A stretch of 64,000 nucleotides of DNA from an uncultured Gammaproteobacteria bacterium (GTDB lineage: Bacteria > Patescibacteriota > Microgenomatia > Daviesbacterales > UBA10151): positions 10,299 to 74,298 of the forward strand of contig CAZFYQ010000005.1 of the NCBI GenBank assembly GCA_964523905.1, written 5' to 3'. A program made the translations under genes and the position numbers. The notes beneath the pieces were generated by a model. That model was not told the DNA's origin, searched no databases, and saw only the letters and a list, made by a program, of their open reading frames with translations. Below are positions 38,936-48,335 of the stretch, piece by piece. How positions within the stretch are numbered: the first letter of the stretch is position 1; every line of letters starts with the position of its first letter.

Positions 38936-40109
38936 TTACCTCCTTATCCGACCAGGGAATTTCCTTTTTCCCATCCAAATTCATAGATTTTTCATGCCCC
39001 TTACCAAATACACCCACAATATCACCTTTTTTTGCCAATTTATTGATGGCCAGATCAATTGCCCCTTCCCTGTCTTCAATCACAAAGAAATTAATTCCAT
39101 CTTTGGCTCCGGCTTTTTTAGCTCCTTGGGTGATTTGTTGGTTAATTTCTTTGATCTGACCACGCGGATCCACAGCGGTTACTATTACGACATTAGCCAG
39201 CTTCATCGCAATTTCCCCCATCGGGATTCTTTTTCCCGGATCTCTGTCTCCTTCAGCACCAATAATGGCAATCACTCTACCGGAAGTCTGAGTACGCAGT
39301 GTTTTTAAAGCATTTTCCAAAGCATTGGGAGTATGAGCAAAATCCACTATTACTTTAACTCCTTTTTTGGCTTTTACTTCTTCCATCCGGCCGGTTAAAC
39401 CACTAAAGTTTTCCAAAGCTTTTTGGGCAATCTGACGATTTATTCCTAATACAAAACTAACTGCCATGGTGGCCAAAGCATTTTCCAAATTATAATCTCC
39501 GGAAATTTTTAGGTTTAATTTCAAATCTTTTTGATTAAAATCTCCTTTATCTAAACTAAAAGTAATGATTTTTCCCTTAATTTGGGCAATTTCTTTAATA
39601 GAATAATTGACTACCGCAGTTTTAGCATTTTCCGTAAGTTTCAATTTGGTTTTAACATAATTTTCAAAGGTTTTATGATAATCCAAGTGTTCTTGAGTAA
39701 TATTAGTAATTACCCCCACTTCGAACTTAATTCCGGCAAAACGGTGTTGGTCCAATCCATGAGAAGTCACTTCCAAAACCATATATTCATCACCATTTTT
39801 CACTGCAGCATTTAGAAACTGCTGGATCATAAACGGGCTGGGTGAAGTCACATGAAACCCGGTGTCATATTCTTTTCCGGCAATTACAGCATTAATCGTA
39901 GACACCATTGACACCTTTTTCCCAGCCGCCTTAAGCACTTGGTAAATCATGTTGGTCGTAGTAGTCTTACCATCAGTGCCAGTAACCCCAATAATCTTGA
40001 TCTTACTAGCTGGGCTCCCATATCGCAGATTAGCAATTGCAGCCTTAGGCCGATGATACAAATCATTAATAACCTCCTGAGACAAAAACGAACGTATTGT
40101 TTTCTTCAT
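38913..40109 (-). CDS. murE: MurE-type ligase
   Basis: GVTGTDGKTTT, LEVTSH, EHLDYH, DFAHTP, GKGHE. Confidence 0.92.
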   Translation of the reverse strand: MKKTIRSFLSQEVINDLYHRPKAAIANLRYGSPASKIKIIGVTGTDGKTTTTNMIYQVLKAAGKKVSMVSTINAVIAGKEYDTGFHVTSPSPFMIQQFLNAAVKNGDEYMVLEVTSHGLDQHRFAGIKFEVGVITNITQEHLDYHKTFENYVKTKLKLTENAKTAVVNYSIKEIAQIKGKIITFSLDKGDFNQKDLKLNLKISGDYNLENALATMAVSFVLGINRQIAQKALENFSGLTGRMEEVKAKKGVKVIVDFAHTPNALENALKTLRTQTSGRVIAIIGAEGDRDPGKRIPMGEIAMKLANVVIVTAVDPRGQIKEINQQITQGAKKAGAKDGINFFVIEDREGAIDLAINKLAKKGDIVGVFGKGHEKSMNLDGKKEIPWSDKEVIERVGRG

Positions 40110-40171
40110 TGAAGCTAAATTATATCAGAATCTATTGTTTTAATCTGCATCGTGTGAAATAATTTTATTGA

Positions 40172-40762
40172 ATGAAAAATACTGAAAGATTGATAGAGAT
40201 ATTAGGCCTGATTGGTATTCCACTACTGGGATCGACGTTACTAATAAATCTCCTTGCTCTTAATATCGCTCCATATGTAGGCTTATCAATCCTTTTTGGG
40301 ATCAGTACAATTATTAAAACAAAGAAATGGTCAACATATACAAAATTACTTGTAATAATCTTGGCACTATTTATATTCAATATAACCCCCTATTTCCGAC
40401 CAGGGGACTATACAATCTTTGCTGGTGGGGCTGTGCTATTTGGATGCATCAATCAGTCTCCTAACTCTTTAGGATTAGGATGGCCAGCAGCATATGTAAA
40501 ATATTCACTTGAAAGAGGAACCATTTTAGTTGGTTCATCTAGTCTTAAATCTAACTGTGAATATAAAAAAATTGATACAGGGACATTTTTTCCACAAAAT
40601 CCCCAATGGTTAATTTTTGATGTTCTTTTCTCACTTTCATGGTTACCTTTATTCTATAGTATTTTTAAAGGGGGTTCTAACACCAAACTTATTTACTTTC
40701 TGTTAAGTCCTTTGTTTATAATTGTTTTAATAAAAACAATATTCCTCTTCCATATATTATAA
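40172..40762 (+). CDS. hypothetical membrane protein
   Basis: 196-aa multi-TM ORF, AT-rich, opposite to the dcw strand. Confidence 0.7.
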   Translation: MKNTERLIEILGLIGIPLLGSTLLINLLALNIAPYVGLSILFGISTIIKTKKWSTYTKLLVIILALFIFNITPYFRPGDYTIFAGGAVLFGCINQSPNSLGLGWPAAYVKYSLERGTILVGSSSLKSNCEYKKIDTGTFFPQNPQWLIFDVLFSLSWLPLFYSIFKGGSNTKLIYFLLSPLFIIVLIKTIFLFHIL

Positions 40763-40790
40763 TTTTCGCGCCAATAAGTGGCTAACCTAA

Positions 40791-40835
40791 TAATTTATTC
40801 TGTGGGGGCGATTTTGTAGTAGTTAAATAGTTGTC
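40791..40835. repeat. 45-bp duplicate of the ftsI 3' end
   Basis: Matches 42571-42615 at 44/45 nt. Confidence 0.92.
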
Positions 40836-40876
40836 AGCTTCCAACCCCAGGGGTTGAATACGTTCAAACCTCAGGA
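40836..40876 (+). repeat. REP-like 40-bp repeat, copy 3
   Basis: AGCTTCCAACCCCAGGGGTTGAATACGTTCAAACCTCAGGA; CAACCCC/GGGGTTG hairpin; downstream flank of the RAYT gene. Confidence 0.9.
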
Positions 40877-40895
40877 AATAAGCCTAAAAGAATTC

Positions 40896-41567
40896 TTAAA
40901 TCAAATGCCTGATTTGCGCTAAAGTTCTCTGGTATTCAGCCTGATCGAAAACAAACTCCTTATATTTATCCTCGTTTCCTATTAAACCTAAGATTAAATC
41001 ACTATTAATGAACTGGTAAACTCCTGAGCTCTTTTTTATGTAGTTTTTATATGAAGACCAAATATAATCTTCTAAACTATCTATCTTTACAAGGTAGTCG
41101 GTGGATGGATTCAAATGTATATACCTACTAACATGTAGCAGTTGTTCATCCGTAACAATTCTGACTCCCTTAAACATTGGTTGAAATAATGGGCCGCTCC
41201 TTTCAGATTTAATATTGAAATATTTGGCATATCCATTTTGTAAATTACTGATAAATTTAGCTATACCCTTTTCACTTATTTGTTTTAGGAGAAAATGAAA
41301 ATGATTATTCATTAAGCAGAAAGCCAAAATTTTTATATGAATATCACCTTCCTTCTGTAGACCAGCAAAAATCTTTTCCCTATCCTCTCTGGGAATTTTT
41401 TTAAAATGCGAAAAACTAACCGGGGTATTTTGAAAACGATAATAATCTATTAACTCAATAAAGCGTTGGAAATCTCTTGGTGTCGAAAAAATGGGTAAAC
41501 GAGCAACTCCTCTATTAAATACATGATAAATTTGATCCTGAGCTAGCGGTGTGCTCCTGTAAGGCAT
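40896..41567 (-). CDS. REP-associated tyrosine transposase (IS200/IS605 Y1 HUH family)
   Basis: MPYR start, YHVFNRG, FCLMNNHFHFLL (HUH), GPLFQ, YIHLNP, WSSY. Confidence 0.92.
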   Translation of the reverse strand: MPYRSTPLAQDQIYHVFNRGVARLPIFSTPRDFQRFIELIDYYRFQNTPVSFSHFKKIPREDREKIFAGLQKEGDIHIKILAFCLMNNHFHFLLKQISEKGIAKFISNLQNGYAKYFNIKSERSGPLFQPMFKGVRIVTDEQLLHVSRYIHLNPSTDYLVKIDSLEDYIWSSYKNYIKKSSGVYQFINSDLILGLIGNEDKYKEFVFDQAEYQRTLAQIRHLI

Positions 41568-41580
41568 TAATTCAATCTTA

Positions 41581-41620
41581 TCCTTAGGTTGGAAGCTAGT
41601 CAACACCGGGTGTTGGAAGC
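41581..41620 (-). repeat. REP-like 40-bp repeat, copy 4 (inverted)
   Basis: Reverse complement GCTTCCAACACCCGGTGTTGACTAGCTTCCAACCTAAGGA; colinear with copies 1-3, stem CAACACC/GGTGTTG with compensatory change. Confidence 0.85.
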
Positions 41621-41679
41621 CAAAATAATTCTCTGTAATTTGTAAGATTATAGGTTTTTGAGTATAATTTGCCCTTAAT

Positions 41680-42573
41680 ATGATTGACAATTTAGCAGAC
41701 CTTCCAAGAACTGAAAGAGACGGTATCTTTATTGATTACACAATCAGTGATCAAAAAGTAGTAACTCTAGTAAGAAGCTCTATAAATGAAACCGTTATGC
41801 ACGGGTATAACCAACTCCGAGATTGGGAACCTGAAGATAGAATAGAATCAAATTGTCCTTTATATCGTGTAGTAAATGCAGAGCAATCAACAGGTAGTTT
41901 AGACCAAATGATCCGCGTTGGTACGGAATCACAGAGAATTGCACTAGCTGTCTTAGAATCTTATGGACTTAATTTAGATTCACCTGATAATCTAAGCGAT
42001 TACAATGAGGCCAGAGGTCGAGAAAAATTGACTTTTCGCTCTCAATTAGTTGTGGGATTATCTTTTACTCGTCTAGCATTCTACGAAAATCACCCACCAA
42101 CTGCAAAATATGCAGAATGGATGGCTAATTTCTGGGTGCCATTGAGCGACACTGAAACTAAGAAGAGCACCGACGAAAAAGCATATCAAACTCTGCACCA
42201 GATTGCCTCCATTGTTCCTCCTGAGCTAATACAAATGGCTAATGAAGCTGATTTAGCTTTACCTGAAGGACTTCTTAAACATAGGTTCGGTCCTGATTTA
42301 AGCAATGACGAAAGAATTCAATTTGCCAAGTTCCTTTTTGATAGATATCTTTGGTGGGAAGACTCTAGAGGCTCTAGTGAAAGAAAAAGAATTTTTATCA
42401 AAGAAATAGGTATTCCAGCAGCAATAACCGGTAATATCCCCCAAGATCGAAAAAAAGATGAATTAATCAGCAGATTTGGTGGACTAATTGAGGTAGCAAA
42501 AATGTTTAATACACATTTTATTATATTTAGAGAGCGTCACGGATATTCTGTTTCTGAGAATATTTCTACCTAA
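41680..42573 (+). CDS. hypothetical protein
   Basis: 297-aa ORF, TATAAT 11 nt upstream; lies inside the ftsI-end duplication. Confidence 0.75.
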   Translation: MIDNLADLPRTERDGIFIDYTISDQKVVTLVRSSINETVMHGYNQLRDWEPEDRIESNCPLYRVVNAEQSTGSLDQMIRVGTESQRIALAVLESYGLNLDSPDNLSDYNEARGREKLTFRSQLVVGLSFTRLAFYENHPPTAKYAEWMANFWVPLSDTETKKSTDEKAYQTLHQIASIVPPELIQMANEADLALPEGLLKHRFGPDLSNDERIQFAKFLFDRYLWWEDSRGSSERKRIFIKEIGIPAAITGNIPQDRKKDELISRFGGLIEVAKMFNTHFIIFRERHGYSVSENIST

Positions 42574-42574
42574 T

Positions 42575-44284
42575 TTATTCTGTGGGGGCGATTTTGTAGT
42601 AGTTAAATAATTGTCTGGCGATTTCAAAGAAGGTTGGAGCGGCTGTGTCAGCTCCAAAGATTGAGGCTGTGGGCTGATCATAGCGAACTAGGATGACAAA
42701 TTTCGGATCATCAGCCGGGGCAAATCCCACAAATGAGGCAATGGTTTTAGTGGGATCATAATGGCCAGCCACTGGAATTTGCGCAGTCCCAGTTTTTCCG
42801 GCAATCTTAAAGTTTCCTACTCCACCATGTGTTTTATACCAACTAGCTTCTCCCTTATCAACTGCTTGCACCATCATTTCTGTGACCACTTTGGCAGTGT
42901 CTGGAGTGACCACTGAGCGGATTACCTTGGGTTTAATTACAAAAGTACTACCATCGCCTTTGATTTCTTTAACAATATGCGGCTCCATTAAATTACCGCC
43001 ATTGGCAAGCGTGGATATCGCGGTAACCATTTGGATCGGAGTAACGGCAATTCCCTGGCCAAAAGTAGCAGTGGCTAAGTCAATTTCATGCCAATCTGCT
43101 TTGGGTCGAATACTGGTATCAGCCCCGTCTTGCAAATCAATATTAGAGGGTTGGCCAAAACCATAATTTTGAATATAACTATATAATTTATCCACACCCA
43201 GTTTTTTGCCGGTAAACACCATTCCGGTGTTATCCGAATGAATAATTACATCAGTCATCGTAGTATCTGGGAAATATTTATTATCCCAGGTTCGGATATC
43301 ATAATCAGCCACACGGACCGGTCCGGCACAATTATCACAAATAGTATCTGGAGTGACTAATTTCTCATTTAATGCCGCCGCCATCACCAGTACCTTAAAA
43401 GTAGAACCAGGCTCATAAGTATCTGCAACTACAGAATCTTTAAAATATTCTTTGGGATATTCAGTATAATTTCCAGGATCATAGTTAGGATAGGCTGCCA
43501 AAGCCAAAACTGCCCCGGTTTTAGGATTCATTACCACAGCTGAGGCTGATTTTGCTCCATATTTTTCAATACCAGCTTTTAAATTCTGCTCAACAATAAA
43601 CTGCACAGAGCGGTCAATATTAAGCTGTAAATCTTTTCCGTTTTTAGCATCGTTACTTAAGAAATTGCCAATTAAAATCGGTAACCCAGAGGCATCAATC
43701 TCATGCCTAAGCAGTCCCGAGCTGCCCTTAAGCTCGCCGTCATAGTACCCTTCCACTCCAAAATAACCCTTGCTTACGCTTTTGGCATCTGCCCCGACAA
43801 ACCCTAATATATGAGCTGAAGAAGATCCTTCCGGATAAAATCTACTGCTGCCTTGTTCAAAACCAATGCCTGGCAGTTTTAGAACTTCAATGGCTTTTTT
43901 CTGATCCGGAGTAATTTGTCTCATCAATACCACCCAGAATAGATCTTGAGACAATTTATTAATTAAGTCCTTGGCGAGACTATCCTGATCCTGATCCGCA
44001 GTAGCCAGTAGTTTAGCCAAAGCATAACCGGTATTAACGGTTTGTGCTTTAGTTAATACTTTTGGCTGGCCAAAAAGTAAATAGGAGGGGTTGGAAGATG
44101 CCAAAATAGAACCATCACTAAAATAAATCCGGCCTCTTAAAGCCTCTACTTTGGTGTCCGAAAAATGTTGCCCTTCGGCCTGAACCTGCAAAAAATCAGC
44201 ATTAACAATTTGCCAAAAATATAATCTGGCTAATATAGCAAGAAAAAAGACTAGAAAAAACGCTTTAATCCAAAATATCCGCAT
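42575..44284 (-). CDS. ftsI: class B penicillin-binding protein (FtsI)
   Basis: YEPGSTFK (SxxK), SDN (SxN), GKTGTAQ (KTG); follows ftsL in the dcw cluster. Confidence 0.93.
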   Translation of the reverse strand: MRIFWIKAFFLVFFLAILARLYFWQIVNADFLQVQAEGQHFSDTKVEALRGRIYFSDGSILASSNPSYLLFGQPKVLTKAQTVNTGYALAKLLATADQDQDSLAKDLINKLSQDLFWVVLMRQITPDQKKAIEVLKLPGIGFEQGSSRFYPEGSSSAHILGFVGADAKSVSKGYFGVEGYYDGELKGSSGLLRHEIDASGLPILIGNFLSNDAKNGKDLQLNIDRSVQFIVEQNLKAGIEKYGAKSASAVVMNPKTGAVLALAAYPNYDPGNYTEYPKEYFKDSVVADTYEPGSTFKVLVMAAALNEKLVTPDTICDNCAGPVRVADYDIRTWDNKYFPDTTMTDVIIHSDNTGMVFTGKKLGVDKLYSYIQNYGFGQPSNIDLQDGADTSIRPKADWHEIDLATATFGQGIAVTPIQMVTAISTLANGGNLMEPHIVKEIKGDGSTFVIKPKVIRSVVTPDTAKVVTEMMVQAVDKGEASWYKTHGGVGNFKIAGKTGTAQIPVAGHYDPTKTIASFVGFAPADDPKFVILVRYDQPTASIFGADTAAPTFFEIARQLFNYYKIAPTE

Positions 44285-44288
44285 TAGC

Positions 44289-44585
44289 TTAGCGAATATA
44301 TTCTATACTTAAGTTACTGGAAAAACCAAGTTCTGCCGACTTTGAGGAGATGTTGCTTAATGATGCTTGTCTGGCGATTTCATTTTCCAGAATTTGATTT
44401 TGGGTTAATAAATTGGCTTGCAAGCTTTCCAGTTGATCAAACTTTGCTCCATACATTATTACCGCATTACTAACCCAGATTTGGGTCAGAGCCAGCACAA
44501 ACAAAATTGCTACGATTAATACTAAATATTTCCTCGGAGAGCTGTTCCTTGGTTCTTCTGGTTCAAATTTTTTGATGATAGTCAT
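44289..44585 (-). CDS. ftsL: FtsL-like protein
   Basis: TM plus coiled coil plus AELGF; between rsmH and ftsI. Confidence 0.72.
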   Translation of the reverse strand: MTIIKKFEPEEPRNSSPRKYLVLIVAILFVLALTQIWVSNAVIMYGAKFDQLESLQANLLTQNQILENEIARQASLSNISSKSAELGFSSNLSIEYIR

Positions 44586-45511
44586 AGTATTTTAAATATC
44601 CGCATTTTGGCTGAACGCGACCTGGGGTTTTGCCTTATTTCATCCTCTGATGGAATAATTGGTTTTTTAGTTACCACTTCCCCAATCCCTTGTTCTTGCC
44701 AGTCTCTAAAAGTATTTTTAACGATCCGGTCCTCAAGTGAATGAAAACTAATGATAATAACATGACCATTTTTAAATATTTTCTCCTTTACCTGCTCTAA
44801 ACCATCTATTAACGCACCTAACTCATCATTTACTGCTATCCGCAAGGCCTGAAAAGCCTTCGTTGCTGGATGTATTCTCCCTTGACGCTCTCCAGCTTTT
44901 CTATAAACTTCCTCTATCAACTCCACTAAATCTCTTGTACTTTGTATTACTGTCCCCTGTTGCCTGTTACCTGTACCCTTTCCTATTTCACGGGAGCTGA
45001 CCAAAGCGTCAGCCAAACGTTTAGAATATTTTTCTTCACCCAGTTTTGAAAATAATTCATATAACTCCTTTCTATCTAATACATTAATTAAATCTAGAGC
45101 CGAAACTCCCAGTGTCGGATCCATTCTCATATCAAGTGGGCCATCTTTTGCGAAAGAAAAACCCCGGTTCGGGGTTAGTAGTTGCAAACTAGAAACCCCT
45201 AAATCAAAAATAGCTCCGCTAAACTTTTGATCCGCAATTTCCGTCTGCAATATTAAATTTTTTAAATCTCTAAAATTACCTTGTACTAATTTGTAATCCT
45301 GTTCCCTAATGCCTGTGGCCTGTAACCTTGCCTTGGTTCTATCCAGTGCCTCTGGATCCACATCCAATCCCAAAACTTTACCCCCCAGCTGCAAAATCTC
45401 TAAGGTGTACCCCCCGTCACCAAGTGTTGCATCCAGATACCATTTATCAGGAGCAACACTTAAGTGCTGCATTACCTCTTTACGAAGAACGCTAGTATGA
45501 TACCCTTCCAT
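44582..45511 (-). CDS. rsmH: 16S rRNA m4C1402 methyltransferase
   Basis: HTSVL, DATLGDGG, DLGVSS, LDMRMD, FQALRIAVNDEL, NPRSRSAK. Confidence 0.96.
   Translation of the reverse strand: MEGYHTSVLRKEVMQHLSVAPDKWYLDATLGDGGYTLEILQLGGKVLGLDVDPEALDRTKARLQATGIREQDYKLVQGNFRDLKNLILQTEIADQKFSGAIFDLGVSSLQLLTPNRGFSFAKDGPLDMRMDPTLGVSALDLINVLDRKELYELFSKLGEEKYSKRLADALVSSREIGKGTGNRQQGTVIQSTRDLVELIEEVYRKAGERQGRIHPATKAFQALRIAVNDELGALIDGLEQVKEKIFKNGHVIIISFHSLEDRIVKNTFRDWQEQGIGEVVTKKPIIPSEDEIRQNPRSRSAKMRIFKIL
44950..44977. repeat. 4 x 7-bp tandem repeat in frame within rsmH
   Basis: CTGTCCC CTGTTGC CTGTTAC CTGTACC, encoding GTGNRQQGT. Confidence 0.6.
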
Positions 45512-45903
45512 TATTTGAGCAGTTCCTGTTGCCTGATCCACGATTTCTGATCCCAAACCTCAAAATGATCTCCTGCTCCAATAATTTGTACTTTTTCACT
45601 AAAGTTTAAATTATCCATAAACTCTTGCGGCAAAATAAATCTTCCCTGGCTATCTAAACTACACTCCTCAGCTTTGGGAAAAAGTTTTAACCTTTTTCTT
45701 CTGCCTTCCTCTGTGGAAAGCGCTGACTGCAATATATCTTCTGCTAATTTATGCCAATTTATTGTGTCAAATCCCCAAATCTCTCCATTTCCCCCCAAAA
45801 GTATATAAAACTTATCCTCATTTCCCAATTCTTTCCTAAATCTCTTAGGTAAAATTAGCCTATTCTTGCCACTAAAGTCGGTTGTATAACTGCCCAAAAA
45901 CAT
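45511..45903 (-). CDS. mraZ: transcriptional regulator MraZ
   Basis: MFLGSY...RLILPKRFR...DSQGRFILP...IIGAGDHFEVW. Confidence 0.93.
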   Translation of the reverse strand: MFLGSYTTDFSGKNRLILPKRFRKELGNEDKFYILLGGNGEIWGFDTINWHKLAEDILQSALSTEEGRRKRLKLFPKAEECSLDSQGRFILPQEFMDNLNFSEKVQIIGAGDHFEVWDQKSWIRQQELLK

Positions 45904-45978
45904 ATTTTCTGGGCAGAATCACCATCTGTTTCTATTTTCCGCCATTTTAATCATCCTTGTCAATAGGGTATTTATATT

Positions 45979-46100
45979 TGACAAACTGTGTACAATTTTA
46001 AACACAGTTTGTCATCCTGAGGAGCGATTAACGACGAAGGATCTCCTACATGAGTCCGCTGACTTCATTAATTAGATTCTTCGCTTCGCTCAGAATGACA
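45979..46100. repeat. composite palindromic element: 13-bp inverted repeat overlapping a full TGTCA...TGACA element
   Basis: TGACAAACTGTGT...ACACAGTTTGTCA, then TGTCATCCTGAGGAGCG...GAAGGATCT...AGATTCTTCGCTTCGCTCAGAATGACA. Confidence 0.8.
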
Positions 46101-46137
46101 AAAGTGGTACTTTTTGGTGTGACGAGGTGCGACGGTA

Positions 46138-47031
46138 CTATTTAGCAGTTAAGACTGCAAATATTCCAGCTCCATCAGCTTTCCCGGAGAATTTTGAGCC
46201 GGATAATTTGGCATTTAGATCAACCCAGCTACCTTTGGAATCATCATAGCGCATCAGTTTAGCGTCTGCCGGAGGATTATCAGCCAGTTCCAGGCTGACA
46301 TCTCCACCAGGTAAGGTTTTGGCAATCGGCACGTTTAAGGCATACACTTTTCCTAATACTTTTTTACCATCCGGCAGCTTTGGTACACCGGTTAAATCAT
46401 TTATAATAGTAAAACCAACATTAGATAAAGCTTGCCTATCGGCATTAACTTTATAAACCAAATGCCCATCCCCGGAAGTTAAATTACCTAAAGCCACATC
46501 AGGAGCCTGAATATGCCACTGAGTAGCCATTTTGTAGGCAGTATTACCTTTTTTAATATGCAAAGTTAAAGTACCATTTTCAACTCCTGTATCATATTTA
46601 CAAACGTTCTTGCTACAAGTGCCAAATAAAATTTCTTGGCTGTATTCACCCTTTTTCTCTTTGGTATCGATTTCTCCTACCACACCCCGATCAATAGTAC
46701 CAGATCCTGAACCTTCTTCATCCCCGGAATTATTTCCCTGCACCACTGTTTGATCCTGCTTGGAAGTATAGGCCAGTTCATAGGAAATACTATCATAAGA
46801 GGCAGTCCGTTTAAGATTTAACAGTAAGGCATTACCATCTCTTCTGGGAGATAACAGGGCATAAGGACCTTCTGCATCAAATGGTAAGTCAACCTCAGTC
46901 ACTGGTCCCTGACTGGGTGCAAAGAATTTCGAAGCTCCAATAATTCCACCAGCCCCCAGTACTATCAGTGCCACAATAAGTCCGGCAGTTATTTTGTTGG
47001 CGATTAGCCAATTTCTGAGATTATCCATCAC
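46138..47031 (-). CDS. hypothetical membrane-anchored protein
   Basis: 297-aa ORF with N-terminal TM; ILFGTCSKNVCKYD. Confidence 0.75.
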   Translation of the reverse strand: MMDNLRNWLIANKITAGLIVALIVLGAGGIIGASKFFAPSQGPVTEVDLPFDAEGPYALLSPRRDGNALLLNLKRTASYDSISYELAYTSKQDQTVVQGNNSGDEEGSGSGTIDRGVVGEIDTKEKKGEYSQEILFGTCSKNVCKYDTGVENGTLTLHIKKGNTAYKMATQWHIQAPDVALGNLTSGDGHLVYKVNADRQALSNVGFTIINDLTGVPKLPDGKKVLGKVYALNVPIAKTLPGGDVSLELADNPPADAKLMRYDDSKGSWVDLNAKLSGSKFSGKADGAGIFAVLTAK

Positions 47032-48335
47032 TTTATCTTATCACTGAGGTAAGTATTCAAGTCAACTATCTTTACCCGTTCCTGCTTGGCCGTGTCCCGT
47101 TCTCGAACTGTGACCGCCTGATCTTCTAAGCTATCAAAATCTACTGTAATACAAAACGGAGTCCCAATTTCATCTTGAGCCGCATATCTTTTCCCTATAT
47201 TCCCCCTAGCGTCCCAAGCCACCATAAAATCTTGTTTTAAATTGTCATAAATTTGTTTAGCTTTTTCAACCAGTTCTGGTTTATTAGCCAAAAGTGGAAA
47301 CACTGCGGCTTTATAAGGTGCAATTTTAGGAGAAAGCTTTAAAAATACCCGACCTTCCTGCTCTGTATAAGCATCAATGAGTAAAAACAACGTTGAGCGG
47401 TCCACACCGGCGGAAGTTTCAATATCCCATGGTAAATATTCCTCATTAGTTTCCGGGTCCCGATACATCATGCTTTGTCCGCTATACTGTTGATGCCTGG
47501 ATAAATCCCAATCTCCCCGGTGATGAATTCCCATAAATTCAGACCATCCAAACGGCGCGTTATATTCAATATCACAGGCAGCTTTAGCATAATGGGCTCT
47601 TTCAGACTCGGCATGATCCCGGAAACGCAAATTTTCCTTTTTCATTCCCAAAGACAAATAAAAATCCATCCGATTTTGTTTCCAATACTCAAACCACTTC
47701 TCTCCCTCTTTAATTTCCGGCTTAATGTAAAACTGCACTTCCATTTGTTCAAATTCACGGGAGCGGAAAGTAAAATTCCCCGGGGTTATTTCATTTCGAA
47801 AAGCTTTACCAATTTGTGCAATTCCGAAAGGAATCCGCACTCTGGTAGAATCCAATACATTTTTAAAATTAACCTGCACTCCGTTGGTAATTTCTCCCCG
47901 CAAATAAATTTCTGACTGCTTACCTTCTAAAACTCCCAGGTATGCTTTTACCAATAAATTAAATTGCTTAGGCTCAGTCCACTCCACCTTTTTGTCTTTG
48001 TGAGTGGCAGCGTGTTCTTCAATCTCATCTATCTTGTCAGCGCGAAACCGCTGATTACAGATTTTACATTCAATTAACGGATCAGTAAAAGCCTCTACAT
48101 GCCCAGATGCTTCCCAGGCCTTAGGGTTCATCATAATGGCCGCATCAACTCCCACAATATCATCCCGCAGTTGCACCATTTCTTTCCACCACAAATCCTT
48201 TAGATTCTTTTTTAATAATGCTCCAGCTGGACCATAATCCCAGGTCCCTGCTAAACCACCGTATATCTCAGATCCGGGATATATAAATCCCCGTCTTTTA
48301 CATAAAGCTACAATTTTGTCCATTAAGTTATCCAT
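47028..48335 (-). CDS. glyQS: glycyl-tRNA synthetase, homodimeric type
   Basis: RRGFIYPGSEIYGG, GKAFRNEITP, REFEQME, QDEIGTPFCITVD. Confidence 0.96.
   Translation of the reverse strand: MDNLMDKIVALCKRRGFIYPGSEIYGGLAGTWDYGPAGALLKKNLKDLWWKEMVQLRDDIVGVDAAIMMNPKAWEASGHVEAFTDPLIECKICNQRFRADKIDEIEEHAATHKDKKVEWTEPKQFNLLVKAYLGVLEGKQSEIYLRGEITNGVQVNFKNVLDSTRVRIPFGIAQIGKAFRNEITPGNFTFRSREFEQMEVQFYIKPEIKEGEKWFEYWKQNRMDFYLSLGMKKENLRFRDHAESERAHYAKAACDIEYNAPFGWSEFMGIHHRGDWDLSRHQQYSGQSMMYRDPETNEEYLPWDIETSAGVDRSTLFLLIDAYTEQEGRVFLKLSPKIAPYKAAVFPLLANKPELVEKAKQIYDNLKQDFMVAWDARGNIGKRYAAQDEIGTPFCITVDFDSLEDQAVTVRERDTAKQERVKIVDLNTYLSDKIK

Larger units (their letters stand above)
40836..41620. mobile_element. RAYT transposase locus flanked by inverted REP-like repeats
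   Basis: Y1 transposase between repeat copies 3 and 4 in inverted orientation. Confidence 0.85.

Noticed and set aside
45905-45960. MraZ operator repeats
   Set aside because: No clean, regularly spaced GTGGG-type repeats are visible
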